Under the pieces are notes generated by a model that made no database searches, was not told where the DNA came from, and saw nothing but the letters and a program-made list of their open reading frames with translations. A stretch of DNA of 64,000 nt from Candidatus Heimdallarchaeota archaeon (GTDB taxonomy: Archaea; Asgardarchaeota; Heimdallarchaeia; Heimdallarchaeales; Heimdallarchaeaceae), in assembly GCA_019057815.1 (NCBI GenBank), contig JAHLWR010000005.1, positions 64,001 through 128,000 of the forward strand. The letters are read 5' to 3'. The translations under genes and the position numbers were made by a program. Position 1 is the stretch's first letter. Each line of letters opens with the position of its first letter. Shown piece by piece: positions 1-9,546 of the stretch.

Positions 1-720
1 TCCCAAATCATGGGGTATTCCTTGATGGTTTCTATAATCTATTGCACGTTTGGTATTCCAACTACGAAACACTGCGCGAATAGATTTATTCAATTGCTCT
101 TTTGGGTTTTGAGGGAAGGATTCACCTAATTTTTCTTTATATAGATTCTTATTAATCTCAACAAGTTTCTTTAATCCTTCAGTAGGAATATCGGTATCAG
201 ATTCAACACCATATTCTTTCTTCATTTTTTCAAGTTCTATTTCAAAATGGCGTTTAGAAAGACCCATAACGACATCTCCGTACATATAAATTAGTCTACG
301 GTAGCTGTCATAGGCGAATCTTTCATTATTAGTTTCTTTCGCTAATCCTTCGACTGAAATATCATTCAACCCTAAATTAAGGATTGTATCCATCATCCCT
401 GGCATAGAAATCGCTGCTCCAGACCTAACAGAAACAAGTAAGGGATCATTGTCACCACCTAATTTTTTTCCATTGGTTTCTTCCAATGCTGCTAGAGCTT
501 TGTCTATTTGTTCAGATAGTCCTTCGGGATATTCTTCATTATTTTCTAAAAAGTGCAAACATGCACTTGTGGAAATGATAAAACCTGGAGGAATGGGAAG
601 ACCCAGAGAAGTCATTTGAGTAAGATTAGCGCCTTTTCCACCCAAGAGTTTCTTCATTTCAGCGTTTCCTTCACAATTTTCTTGACTGAAAAATTTATAG
701 ACATACTTATTATTTATCAT
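1..720 (-). CDS. ppdK: Pyruvate, phosphate dikinase, N-terminal part (runs off window start)
   Basis: Manual translation: MINNKYVYKF...LLGGKGANL..M..LGLPIPPGFII...PLLVSVRSGAAISMPGMMDTILNLGLND...AVFRSWNTKRAIDYR, the classic PPDK N-terminus. Not in the ORF track because it is partial. Confidence 0.95.
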   Translation of the reverse strand, partial: MINNKYVYKFFSQENCEGNAEMKKLLGGKGANLTQMTSLGLPIPPGFIISTSACLHFLENNEEYPEGLSEQIDKALAALEETNGKKLGGDNDPLLVSVRSGAAISMPGMMDTILNLGLNDISVEGLAKETNNERFAYDSYRRLIYMYGDVVMGLSKRHFEIELEKMKKEYGVESDTDIPTEGLKKLVEINKNLYKEKLGESFPQNPKEQLNKSIRAVFRSWNTKRAIDYRNHQGIPHDLG

Positions 721-938
721 ATAAGCACCAGTATATTTCAATACTTATCTTAATTTAAGTTAAGCAAATGTCCTAGTCTAGTTTTTTAACATTATGATAG
801 CGTGGTAATTTTCAGAAAGACTAGTTACGCTACTTTCATACTTAAAACTGCCTAATAGTATTTGAAACATTGTTTTTTACAAAAAAAGGAATTCTTTCCA
901 AAGATAAAGTTTAACAAAAACATCTGTTTTTATTTCTT

Positions 939-1751
939 ATGAAACAAAAACTTATTTTGCTGACGAACGACGATGGAATATTTTCTTTAGGCTTACATTC
1001 TTTGCATAAAGAGCTAAGTAATTTTGGAAAAGTTTTTTGTGTTGCACCTGGAAACCCAAGTTCTGCTATATCAAAAGCACTTACTTTCCACAAACCAATT
1101 CGTTTCTCAACCCATACATTTGAAGACGGAACGACAGCTTACAGCACCACAGGTGCTCCAGCAGACAATGTTCTACTTAGTTTTCATCTTCTGAAAGGGA
1201 AACCAGACATAGTTGTGTCTGGCATAAACTATGGGGATAATTCATCTATACATTCTATACTCACTAGCGGTACATGTGCTGCTGCCTTTGAAAGCGCTTT
1301 TAATGGTGTACCAGCTATCGCTTTTTCAGTAGATGTTGAGCACGATGTTCAATTAATTGAACAAAAAGGCATTAGTTTTGACTATATTGCTATGATTTCA
1401 AGTAAAATAGTAAAGTTCACACTCGAAAAAGAATGGCCAAAAGATCTAGCATTTCTCAATATTAATTTTCCAACAAATGTTACAGAGCATACAAAAATCT
1501 ATGTCACTTCTCCAACTTTGTATAAATATGATAATTATATGATTGAAAAAGACGATCCAAGAGGATTACCTTATCTTTGGTTATGGGGAGAGATGAAAAA
1601 AACGTTTCCTGAAGGAACAGACACATGGGCGGTCAAACACAAAAATGGGATATCTATCACACCAATAGGTCTCAATCTTCATGAGAAGACAGACCAATCT
1701 TTGAATCTATCACGTTTTATCCAGGAACAAGTTAAGGATATCCTTATCTGA
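939..1751 (+). CDS. surE: 5'/3'-nucleotidase SurE
   Basis: ILLTNDDG, VAP, GAPAD, VVSGINYG, SGT motifs. Confidence 0.95.
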   Translation: MKQKLILLTNDDGIFSLGLHSLHKELSNFGKVFCVAPGNPSSAISKALTFHKPIRFSTHTFEDGTTAYSTTGAPADNVLLSFHLLKGKPDIVVSGINYGDNSSIHSILTSGTCAAAFESAFNGVPAIAFSVDVEHDVQLIEQKGISFDYIAMISSKIVKFTLEKEWPKDLAFLNINFPTNVTEHTKIYVTSPTLYKYDNYMIEKDDPRGLPYLWLWGEMKKTFPEGTDTWAVKHKNGISITPIGLNLHEKTDQSLNLSRFIQEQVKDILI

Positions 1752-1906
1752 ACTCTTAATTTTTCAACGCCCTTATATATTAATTACATACTATTATAAT
1801 TGCTAATTAAACAAGCGAGTTTAGCGCCTTAATTATCAGTACTAAAAGAACCCCACTGACTATCCCTAGGTATGTTTAGAATTAGTATAATCTCTCAAAA
1901 CAATAG

Positions 1907-3364
1907 TTGATACAACATTTCTTCAGTAGTAGAGAATGTGTGGTGAATGGTTTGTCACGGCTTGAATCCAGAGAATACCAGAACGTTATAGTAAATAGAA
2001 TCAAGGAACTTGCTTCAAAAAATAATAGTGTTGTTTTGGAACTTGATTGTGGAATGGGTAAACGAGTGCTTTCATATCGTTTAGTCACAGAGGTTTTTGG
2101 TGACAAGAAAATTGTTTTTTTCCTTCAGACTCATTCGTCACTCCAAGAAACCGTGTATTACCTAACTAATGAATACGGTGGTGTTAATGGATTAAATGTA
2201 ATAAAAAGTGGTTTGGATAAGAATTATCGTAAATATTTGCTAGAGAACAACCGTGTTATTTTAACTCTTCCCACAGTTTTTCTGAATACGATAAGGGCAT
2301 TTCCAGAACTTGCTGGAATGTTTGAAATTGCAATTATTAATGAAGTCGATGAAATCATCCGTCGTTTCACACACCGCAATGTTCTATGTGTTCCTTGGAA
2401 TAGGTTAATCCCATCATTAACAAATGCTATGTTCATAGGAATGAGCGGTACTTTGCGAGATGATCACTTGGTTCTTGATGAGAGTCAGCTTCAACTTAGA
2501 AAGGAACTAAGTACTATTAGGGAATTCATTCCTAATAGCGCTCTTATCACCATTGAAGAATTTATAGACACAGATTTGAGAGACTACATCAAATACTCAG
2601 AAGTGCACATATTACCAGTAAAAGACTCGAGAACAGCAGAGATAATATTGAAACTTACAGCACTAATTGATAAAACTAAGGAAGAAATAATGCATACAGT
2701 GAGGGAATTTTCACCACAAGATTTTCAAAAACTCCAGCAAAATTTCTTTCAACAGCTACCATTCTTACCAATTGAAACTGAATTGGTAGAAAAATTTAAT
2801 CGACTTCTTCTTTTAAGAAAGTATGTTTATTCTATGCCAGCTAATACTTATCGCAATTACTTGATGCGATATGGTTTTGAGAAGAATGAGCTTCAAGAAC
2901 TCCCACCAATTAGTGGAAAAGAAATAATAGTTATAAAAATGGCCAAAAAGCACAATAAAACAGCGGTTTTGTGTTCTTTTCTATCAACTGTAAATTCTCT
3001 TACAAAACAATTAGAAAAGGAAAATATAAGGACATTTCAAGTTACAGGCAAAATTAAGAATAAAAATACAATTATTAATAATTTTAAGGAATCACAAGAG
3101 CAATCAGCTCTAATTCTCTCACCAGTTGGTGAAAGAGATATTGATATCCCTCAAACCGATTTACTTATTGTATATGATTTAGTAAATTCACCGAAAACAG
3201 TTTACCAGAAAATGAAACGAAGCCGTGGTGGGAAAGTAGCATTGCTATTTTATGAGAATACACCAGAACGGGGTAAGGTTAAACAAGTAGTAAGCGAAAT
3301 TGCTGTACGTTACCCGTGGTCTCTTATTTTCACAAATAACAATGAATCAGCGAGGAAGATATAA
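1907..3364 (+). CDS. Hef/FANCM(Mph1)-like SF2 helicase with degenerate motifs; start probably GTG/TTG at about 1943-1952
   Basis: Q motif REYQ, motif I LDCGMGKR, II INEVD, III MSGT, V SPVGERDIDIP, VI QKMKRSRG; no C-terminal nuclease domain. Confidence 0.7.
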   Translation: MIQHFFSSRECVVNGLSRLESREYQNVIVNRIKELASKNNSVVLELDCGMGKRVLSYRLVTEVFGDKKIVFFLQTHSSLQETVYYLTNEYGGVNGLNVIKSGLDKNYRKYLLENNRVILTLPTVFLNTIRAFPELAGMFEIAIINEVDEIIRRFTHRNVLCVPWNRLIPSLTNAMFIGMSGTLRDDHLVLDESQLQLRKELSTIREFIPNSALITIEEFIDTDLRDYIKYSEVHILPVKDSRTAEIILKLTALIDKTKEEIMHTVREFSPQDFQKLQQNFFQQLPFLPIETELVEKFNRLLLLRKYVYSMPANTYRNYLMRYGFEKNELQELPPISGKEIIVIKMAKKHNKTAVLCSFLSTVNSLTKQLEKENIRTFQVTGKIKNKNTIINNFKESQEQSALILSPVGERDIDIPQTDLLIVYDLVNSPKTVYQKMKRSRGGKVALLFYENTPERGKVKQVVSEIAVRYPWSLIFTNNNESARKI

Positions 3365-3460
3365 ATAACAGAGATACTCTTGATTCATAATCTTTTTAAT
3401 GTGTTAAAAACCCCTCCTCCCGAAGATATGTTCATTTTTGTCCTTATAAGGTGTTTTTAA

Positions 3461-6400
3461 ATGGGAAAGAAAATAAAGAAGGTTAATACCAATAAACGTT
3501 GGGTTCTTATGAACTCAATGTTTGATGAACTAGGCTTAGTTCGCCAACATCTAGATTCTTTTAATGATTTCATTGAAAAAGGATTACAGTCCGTTATTAG
3601 TGAAATAAAAGCAATTGAACCTGAAGACTCGGAGTTTTATGTTGAATTAGAAAAAATAGAAGTAGAAGAGCCAACAGTCCGTGAAGCAGATGGTTCTCAG
3701 AGTCCAATTTATCCAATGGAAGCAAGAATACGCAATCTAACTTATGCTTCACGCTTGTTTTTACACATGAAGCCTATTCATAAAGACCCTTTGACAGGTC
3801 TTGAAACACCAAGAGAATCAACTAGTGTTTTTATTGGTTATTTACCAATCATGTTAAAATCAAAAAAATGTGCGCTCTACAATTTATCCGACGAATCCTT
3901 GATTAAGCTAGGAGAGGATCCCAAAGATCCTGGTGGTTATTTCATCATTAATGGCAGTGAAAGAGTTATAGTTACACAAGAAGATTTAGCCCCAAATCGC
4001 ATTCTTATTGAAAAACTTACAAGTAAGGGGAACGTAACCAGTGAAGGTAAAGTTTTCAGTGTAATTCATGGTTTTCGTGCTCCTGTTAGCGTAGAACATA
4101 CTTCAGATGGTCAATTACGTGTTAGTTTTCCAAGTATGCCTAGAAAAATCTCCTTAATTCTTTTAATGAGAGCATTAGGTATAGAGAGAGACGACATGAT
4201 TGCGATGATTATTAGCCCAACTCCTAAACTACGATCGCGTGTTATGTCTATCCTCATGAGAGAATCTTCTGAGATAGTCTCAACAGAAGAATCATTGGAT
4301 TATATTGGAAAACGTGTAGCTGTAGGACAGACCAAAGAATATCGTATTAACCGAGCTATGCAAGTTTTGGATAAATATTTACTCCCCCATTTAGGGAATG
4401 ATGAAGATTCCAGAGTGAAAAAAGCCTTTTTCCTAGCTAGAATGGCTCAACGTTTATTAGAATTAGAAAGTGGTATCCGAACAGAAGACGATAAAGATCA
4501 TTATGCAAATAAAAGATTGAAATTGGCAGGAGACCTTCTGTTAATGCTTTATCGTGTAGCGTTTCATGCACTATGTAGAGACATTAAATACCAATTAGAA
4601 AGAGTTACAGTAAGAGGCAGAAAACCCAATCTTAAAACAGCCGTTAGAGCGGATCTTATTACAGAACGATTAAGGCATGCTCTGGCTACCGGTAATTGGA
4701 CAGGAGGTAAATCTGGTGTTAGTCAACTACTAGATAGAACTAATTACATATCTGCACTCAGTCACCTTCGAAGAGTTGTTAGTCCATTAAGTAGAAGCCA
4801 ACCACACTTTGAGGCTAGAGATCTTCATCCAACACATTTTGGCAAGATATGTCCAAATGAGACACCTGAAGGACCCAACTGTGGTCTTGTGAAAAATCTG
4901 GCTTTACAAGCCTATATTAGCGTTGGTATAGATTCTCAAGAAGTTGAGAGGAAATTAGTTGAGGATTTAGGTCTTAATAGAGTTGTACCTAAAGATGTTA
5001 CAATACCTAGTTCGGAAGTTGCAAAGCTTATTACTAATCCAAATTACTATAAAATTTTCATTAACGGAAGCTTCTTAGGAGTAATAAAAGACGGTATTGA
5101 ATTTCGAAAAAAAATCATTGATGAACGAAGAAAAGGTAATTTCCATCATGAAGTAAATGTAGCATACTATGAAGATACAAAAGAACTAATGGTCAATTGT
5201 GACGCGGGAAGAGTGCGTCGTCCTCTATTAATTGTTGAAAATAGTTCGCCGCATTTAACTAAAGAGATGTATAGCTGGATTAAAAGCGGAAAATGGGAAT
5301 GGAGCGATTTACTCAGAAATCAAGTTGTTGAATATGTGGATGCGGAAGAAGAAGAAAACTTATACATAGCTATTTCTGAAGATGATTTAAATCCTGACAT
5401 ATCACACATGGAAATAGCACCAAGTACAATTTTAGGAATATGTGCATCTCTTATCCCCTATCCAGAACACAATCGTTCTGATCGTAATGTATATGAAGCA
5501 GGGATGGCAAAACAAGCTTTAGGACTATTTTCAGCTAACTACATGCACCGTTTAGATACAAGAGCACATATACTTCATTATCCCCAAAAACCGCTTGTTA
5601 AAACACACGGGATGGATGCGATACATTTCCAACAACGACCTGCTGGTCAAAATTTTGTTGTAGCTCTTCTATCTTATGAAGGATACAATATGGAAGATGC
5701 TATCTTAATAAATAAAGCTGCTATTGAAAGAGGATTGGGTAGAAGTACGTTCTTTAGAACATATGACGCTGAAGAGAGGAAATATCCTAATGGACAAGAA
5801 GATACTTTTGAAATTCCTGATGAAACAGTAAGGGGCTACAAAGATGAATCTGCGTATGTTCATTTAGGTGAAGATGGTATAATTGAACCTGAGATAGGAG
5901 TCGATGGTACAAAAGGTGAAGTTTTAATCGGAAGAACAAGCCCTCCAAGATTTTTAGAGGAATATACAGAATTTGACGTCCCCCCTCAAAACAGAAGAGA
6001 AACAAGCAAAGCAATGAGACATGGGGAAATAGGCATCTCAGATTTAGTAGTTTTAACCGATACTAATGAAGGTAATAGATTGGTCAAGGTTAAAGTAAGA
6101 TCTGAAAGAATCCCTGAAATCGGGGATAAATTCGCTTCACGACACGGTCAAAAGGGTGTAATTGGTTTGATAATTCCTCAAGAAGATATGCCATTCACAG
6201 AATCGGGTATTGTTCCCGATATCATCGTCAACCCACATGCAGTCCCTAGCCGTATGACGGTAGGACACTTGATGGAATTATTAGGAGGGAAAGTAGCTTC
6301 TCAAAAAGGAGAAGCAATATATGGAACAGCCTTCAGCAATACTCCTCTTGATGAATTACATAATGCGTTAAAAGAATCAGGTGTTCATCCCTACGGTAGA

Positions 6401-6859
6401 GAAGTGATGTATGATGGTAAAACAGGTAATAAATTAGAGGGTACAATCTTTGTAGGTTGCCAGTTTTATCAAAAACTTCACCATTTAGTTTCTGATAAAA
6501 TACATGCACGCGCTAGAGGCCCCATCCAAATGCTCACTCGCCAACCAACAGAAGGGCGTGCAAGAGAAGGAGGTCTTCGTTTCGGAGAGATGGAACGAGA
6601 TTGCCTGATCGGTCACGGTACATCAATATTACTCAAGGAAAGGTTGCTAGACGAATCAGATAGAACAGAGGGGTTAATATGTTCTAAATGTGGCTTCTTG
6701 GCCATGTATGATAAAAATCGAGATAAATATCATTGTCCAATTTGTAAGGAAGAAACTACTGTTTCCAAAGTTATTATTAGCTATGCATTTAAATTGCTTT
6801 TACAAGAACTAATGAGTTTAGGCATAGCACCACATGTGGAACTTGAAGATATAGCATAA
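3461..6859 (+). CDS. rpoB: DNA-directed RNA polymerase subunit B (unsplit Rpo2)
   Basis: GGYFIINGSE, ETPEGPNCGLVKN, GDKFASRHGQKG, GLRFGEMERD, C-terminal Zn ribbon. Confidence 0.99.
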   Translation: MGKKIKKVNTNKRWVLMNSMFDELGLVRQHLDSFNDFIEKGLQSVISEIKAIEPEDSEFYVELEKIEVEEPTVREADGSQSPIYPMEARIRNLTYASRLFLHMKPIHKDPLTGLETPRESTSVFIGYLPIMLKSKKCALYNLSDESLIKLGEDPKDPGGYFIINGSERVIVTQEDLAPNRILIEKLTSKGNVTSEGKVFSVIHGFRAPVSVEHTSDGQLRVSFPSMPRKISLILLMRALGIERDDMIAMIISPTPKLRSRVMSILMRESSEIVSTEESLDYIGKRVAVGQTKEYRINRAMQVLDKYLLPHLGNDEDSRVKKAFFLARMAQRLLELESGIRTEDDKDHYANKRLKLAGDLLLMLYRVAFHALCRDIKYQLERVTVRGRKPNLKTAVRADLITERLRHALATGNWTGGKSGVSQLLDRTNYISALSHLRRVVSPLSRSQPHFEARDLHPTHFGKICPNETPEGPNCGLVKNLALQAYISVGIDSQEVERKLVEDLGLNRVVPKDVTIPSSEVAKLITNPNYYKIFINGSFLGVIKDGIEFRKKIIDERRKGNFHHEVNVAYYEDTKELMVNCDAGRVRRPLLIVENSSPHLTKEMYSWIKSGKWEWSDLLRNQVVEYVDAEEEENLYIAISEDDLNPDISHMEIAPSTILGICASLIPYPEHNRSDRNVYEAGMAKQALGLFSANYMHRLDTRAHILHYPQKPLVKTHGMDAIHFQQRPAGQNFVVALLSYEGYNMEDAILINKAAIERGLGRSTFFRTYDAEERKYPNGQEDTFEIPDETVRGYKDESAYVHLGEDGIIEPEIGVDGTKGEVLIGRTSPPRFLEEYTEFDVPPQNRRETSKAMRHGEIGISDLVVLTDTNEGNRLVKVKVRSERIPEIGDKFASRHGQKGVIGLIIPQEDMPFTESGIVPDIIVNPHAVPSRMTVGHLMELLGGKVASQKGEAIYGTAFSNTPLDELHNALKESGVHPYGREVMYDGKTGNKLEGTIFVGCQFYQKLHHLVSDKIHARARGPIQMLTRQPTEGRAREGGLRFGEMERDCLIGHGTSILLKERLLDESDRTEGLICSKCGFLAMYDKNRDKYHCPICKEETTVSKVIISYAFKLLLQELMSLGIAPHVELEDIA

Positions 6860-6869
6860 AATATCTCTT

Positions 6870-7325
6870 TTACCCTATTTTTTTTACTTTGTTTTTTTTA
6901 TCATCAGTTATTTTTTTCAGTAATAAATTGTAGTCTTCAGATTTGACGGTTCTTTCAATATAAGAACCGATTTTTTCACCTATTATTTTAGCAAGTAAGT
7001 GATAACACACAATATTAGTCCCTCGGCTTAAAGATCTTATCTGAAAGTCTTTGCACTCACAAAAATTGTTGTCAATAACTAGATAGTTTTTTCTTGTTCC
7101 TTCTACTTTCCATAGCTCTATTTCCTCAGTTAGAACTAATTTAAGTAGCTTTTTTTCTTTCAGAATTCGGACTGCTTTTTCTCCTCTTGAGCCAAAAGCA
7201 GAAATTATTTCATTTTCAGCTGCTTCAGATAAAATAGTCTCCTTTTTTATGAAATTAAAAATCTCAACAAGGAATTCACTTTCTGAGGAATTTTTGTTTC
7301 TCATCATATTAATTCTTGTTTTCAT
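6870..7325 (-). CDS. SWIM zinc-finger protein, ZSWIM7/SWS1-like
   Basis: FGSRGEKA...W.VEG...Y....FCECKDF...CYHLLA (CxC-xn-CxH), same layout as ZSWIM7. Confidence 0.75.
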   Translation of the reverse strand: MKTRINMMRNKNSSESEFLVEIFNFIKKETILSEAAENEIISAFGSRGEKAVRILKEKKLLKLVLTEEIELWKVEGTRKNYLVIDNNFCECKDFQIRSLSRGTNIVCYHLLAKIIGEKIGSYIERTVKSEDYNLLLKKITDDKKNKVKKIG

Positions 7326-7419
7326 TATTTTATTACCTTTACGGATAAATTTACATTAAAAATATGATTTTTATAACAAAATTTGATTATAAAAAAAATA
7401 TTGGTGATATTGTTCAATC

Positions 7420-7854
7420 TTATTGCTGTATCAATACATCAGCCATATCAAAAAATCTAAGAACTAGATTCTTGACTTTATTAATCTTCTTACCATTTCT
7501 CCCTATTGCTCTTCCCTTATCTTTGCTGTCAACTGTTATTGTAGCAATTTTACCATTTCTTCTTTCTTGAATAACAATATTTTTTATTACAATTGGATGG
7601 AAACAATTTTTGATGAATTTAGTTAGGTTGGATGAGTGTTCAATGATTTCTACATCTTTTGTAATTAGTTCCTTCAACCTATTAATATTAACCCCTCGTT
7701 TTCCAATAGCTAGACCCGCTTTTCCCTCTGGAACCACATAAACAATCTTATTGTCCTCCTCGTCAATAATACAATCCAAAACATCTACATTAATTATTGC
7801 TTGATAGGTTGTGATATATTGCATTTCTGTTTGGGAGAATTTGACGCTAGGCAT
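7420..7854 (-). CDS. nusA: Archaeal NusA-like transcription factor (two KH domains)
   Basis: AIGKRGVNI and AIGRNGKKI GxxG KH loops; next to L30e. Confidence 0.93.
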   Translation of the reverse strand: MPSVKFSQTEMQYITTYQAIINVDVLDCIIDEEDNKIVYVVPEGKAGLAIGKRGVNINRLKELITKDVEIIEHSSNLTKFIKNCFHPIVIKNIVIQERRNGKIATITVDSKDKGRAIGRNGKKINKVKNLVLRFFDMADVLIQQ

Positions 7855-8100
7855 TTTTTTTCATCCATTTTCAGACTTTACCCAATTTTGTGTATTATTG
7901 GAGTTTACATTTTCTAGAGTAAAAGTACCCTTTTTAGAGATTGTGGTTTCGATGCGCTCTTCCAACTGTACTAGGTATAACATTCACAAATTAGTATCTT
8001 AATAATATGTGTTTCCTTGGTTTGTTTACCATTTCTGACATTTCATTCAATAATATTCTGAAAAGAAAGAAGGAATTACTTGTTCATTGCTAACTCAATT

Positions 8101-8397
8101 CTATTCAATTGCTTTTAATATATCGCTATCTCCTAACTCATATATTGTTAAAGAAGATACAAAATGTGGTCTTCCACAAACAGCTCCTAAATCCAAAGTT
8201 GATCCTTTGTATTCTAATACAGGTATTTCCGAGAGTCCTGCATAGTATTCAATTTCTTCTTTTATGGTTTGTGGCGTATTATTGGCAATTACAACTAATT
8301 TAGCTTGTTTATTTAACAAAGCCTTTTTTGTTGATTCAACACCATATGAGATTTTTCCTGTGTCAACAGCTATTCTAATGCTTCGATCAATGTCCAT
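8101..8397 (-). CDS. rpl30e: 50S ribosomal protein L30e
   Basis: IRIAVDTGK, AKLVVIANN, DLGAVCGRPH, GDSDIL; likely start at MDIDRS. Confidence 0.96.
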   Translation of the reverse strand: MDIDRSIRIAVDTGKISYGVESTKKALLNKQAKLVVIANNTPQTIKEEIEYYAGLSEIPVLEYKGSTLDLGAVCGRPHFVSSLTIYELGDSDILKAIE

Positions 8398-8515
8398 AAT
8401 GCACACCAACATTCACTATTATTTCGAGGGTTTTCCTTAAATTCTTAAATATTTTTACTACTGACACATTTGTTTATGTGTTAAAAACTTTTTTTAGTTT
8501 TTGATGAATGCCTAC

Positions 8516-9412
8516 TTAAATCTCGATAGCACCTGAAAAAAGAACATCCCAAGCTTTACTCCATCTTTCAGGATGGGCCACATCAATCCAGAAAACGTTT
8601 TTTGGGCACACATATGCCTTTACTTGTTTATCCCTTATAAGTTTAGGAATAATATCGCTAGAAATAGATTTTCCCTCTGAATCTGCAAGATAATCCATAA
8701 TCTCTGGCTTAAAAATGTAAATCCCTGTGTTAATATATCCACGTATCTGGGATTTTGAAGGGGTTTCCTCAAATTTTGTAACAAGATTTCCATCCTCACT
8801 AGTATCATCAGTATAAAAAACACCATAATCAGAATAAAATCCCTTTTCATCGGACTTTCCTATTGCTTGATAATAGTTACTCACCTTAATTCCGCACAAT
8901 GTTGCGATACAATCGTTACTTTTATCTTTATGAAATTCAATAATGTTTGATAAATTAATGTTTGTCAATATATCAGAATTCATCACAAGAAAATTATCAG
9001 TAATCAAGTTTTTCGCATTAAATATTGCCCCTGCTGTGTCTAGTGCGGTTGCTTCGCTCACATAACTTAGATTTAACCCATTCCAGTTTTGCCCAAAATA
9101 TTTCATTACACGGTTTCCAAGTTTACCTATGAGTAAAACAACATCGATTATTCCGTATTTTCCTAGAAGTTCAAGATTATATTCTAGTAGAGGTTTGTAG
9201 CCAACTGGAATCATTGCTTTGGGTATTGATTTGGTTATAGGTCTTAGTCTGGCACCCTCACCTCCTGCTAAAATAAATGCTTTTATTTTTCTTAACTCAA
9301 ATTCTTTTTCTATTAATCGTATGAGAAAATCCTTTATTGACCCAGGACCTTTTTTCTCTTTGATAGCGCTCCAAATTCGTTCAGGAAACTCCACTGTAAA
9401 TTTATGAACCAT
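8516..9412 (-). CDS. Sugar-phosphate nucleotidyltransferase family protein with N-terminal ribbon-helix-helix-like extension
   Basis: KAFILAGGEGARLRP.T..IPKAM, INTGIY, WIDV; first ~40 aa show a beta-helix-helix pattern. Confidence 0.8.
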   Translation of the reverse strand: MVHKFTVEFPERIWSAIKEKKGPGSIKDFLIRLIEKEFELRKIKAFILAGGEGARLRPITKSIPKAMIPVGYKPLLEYNLELLGKYGIIDVVLLIGKLGNRVMKYFGQNWNGLNLSYVSEATALDTAGAIFNAKNLITDNFLVMNSDILTNINLSNIIEFHKDKSNDCIATLCGIKVSNYYQAIGKSDEKGFYSDYGVFYTDDTSEDGNLVTKFEETPSKSQIRGYINTGIYIFKPEIMDYLADSEGKSISSDIIPKLIRDKQVKAYVCPKNVFWIDVAHPERWSKAWDVLFSGAIEI

Positions 9413-9546
9413 TTTTATTCAACCAAGCAAAGATAGTTTCTTCATTCACAAGATATTCTATCCTACTTTTTAGTTTTGCCTTTCAATCTGTTGATTAACC
9501 AATAGATTTTTTTAATTCCATTCGTTTCATATTTTAATTTATCTCT

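Noticed and set aside
7861-7983. 40-codon ORF (minus strand) between L30e and nusA
   Set aside because: No motif or clear RBS; cannot be told from chance.
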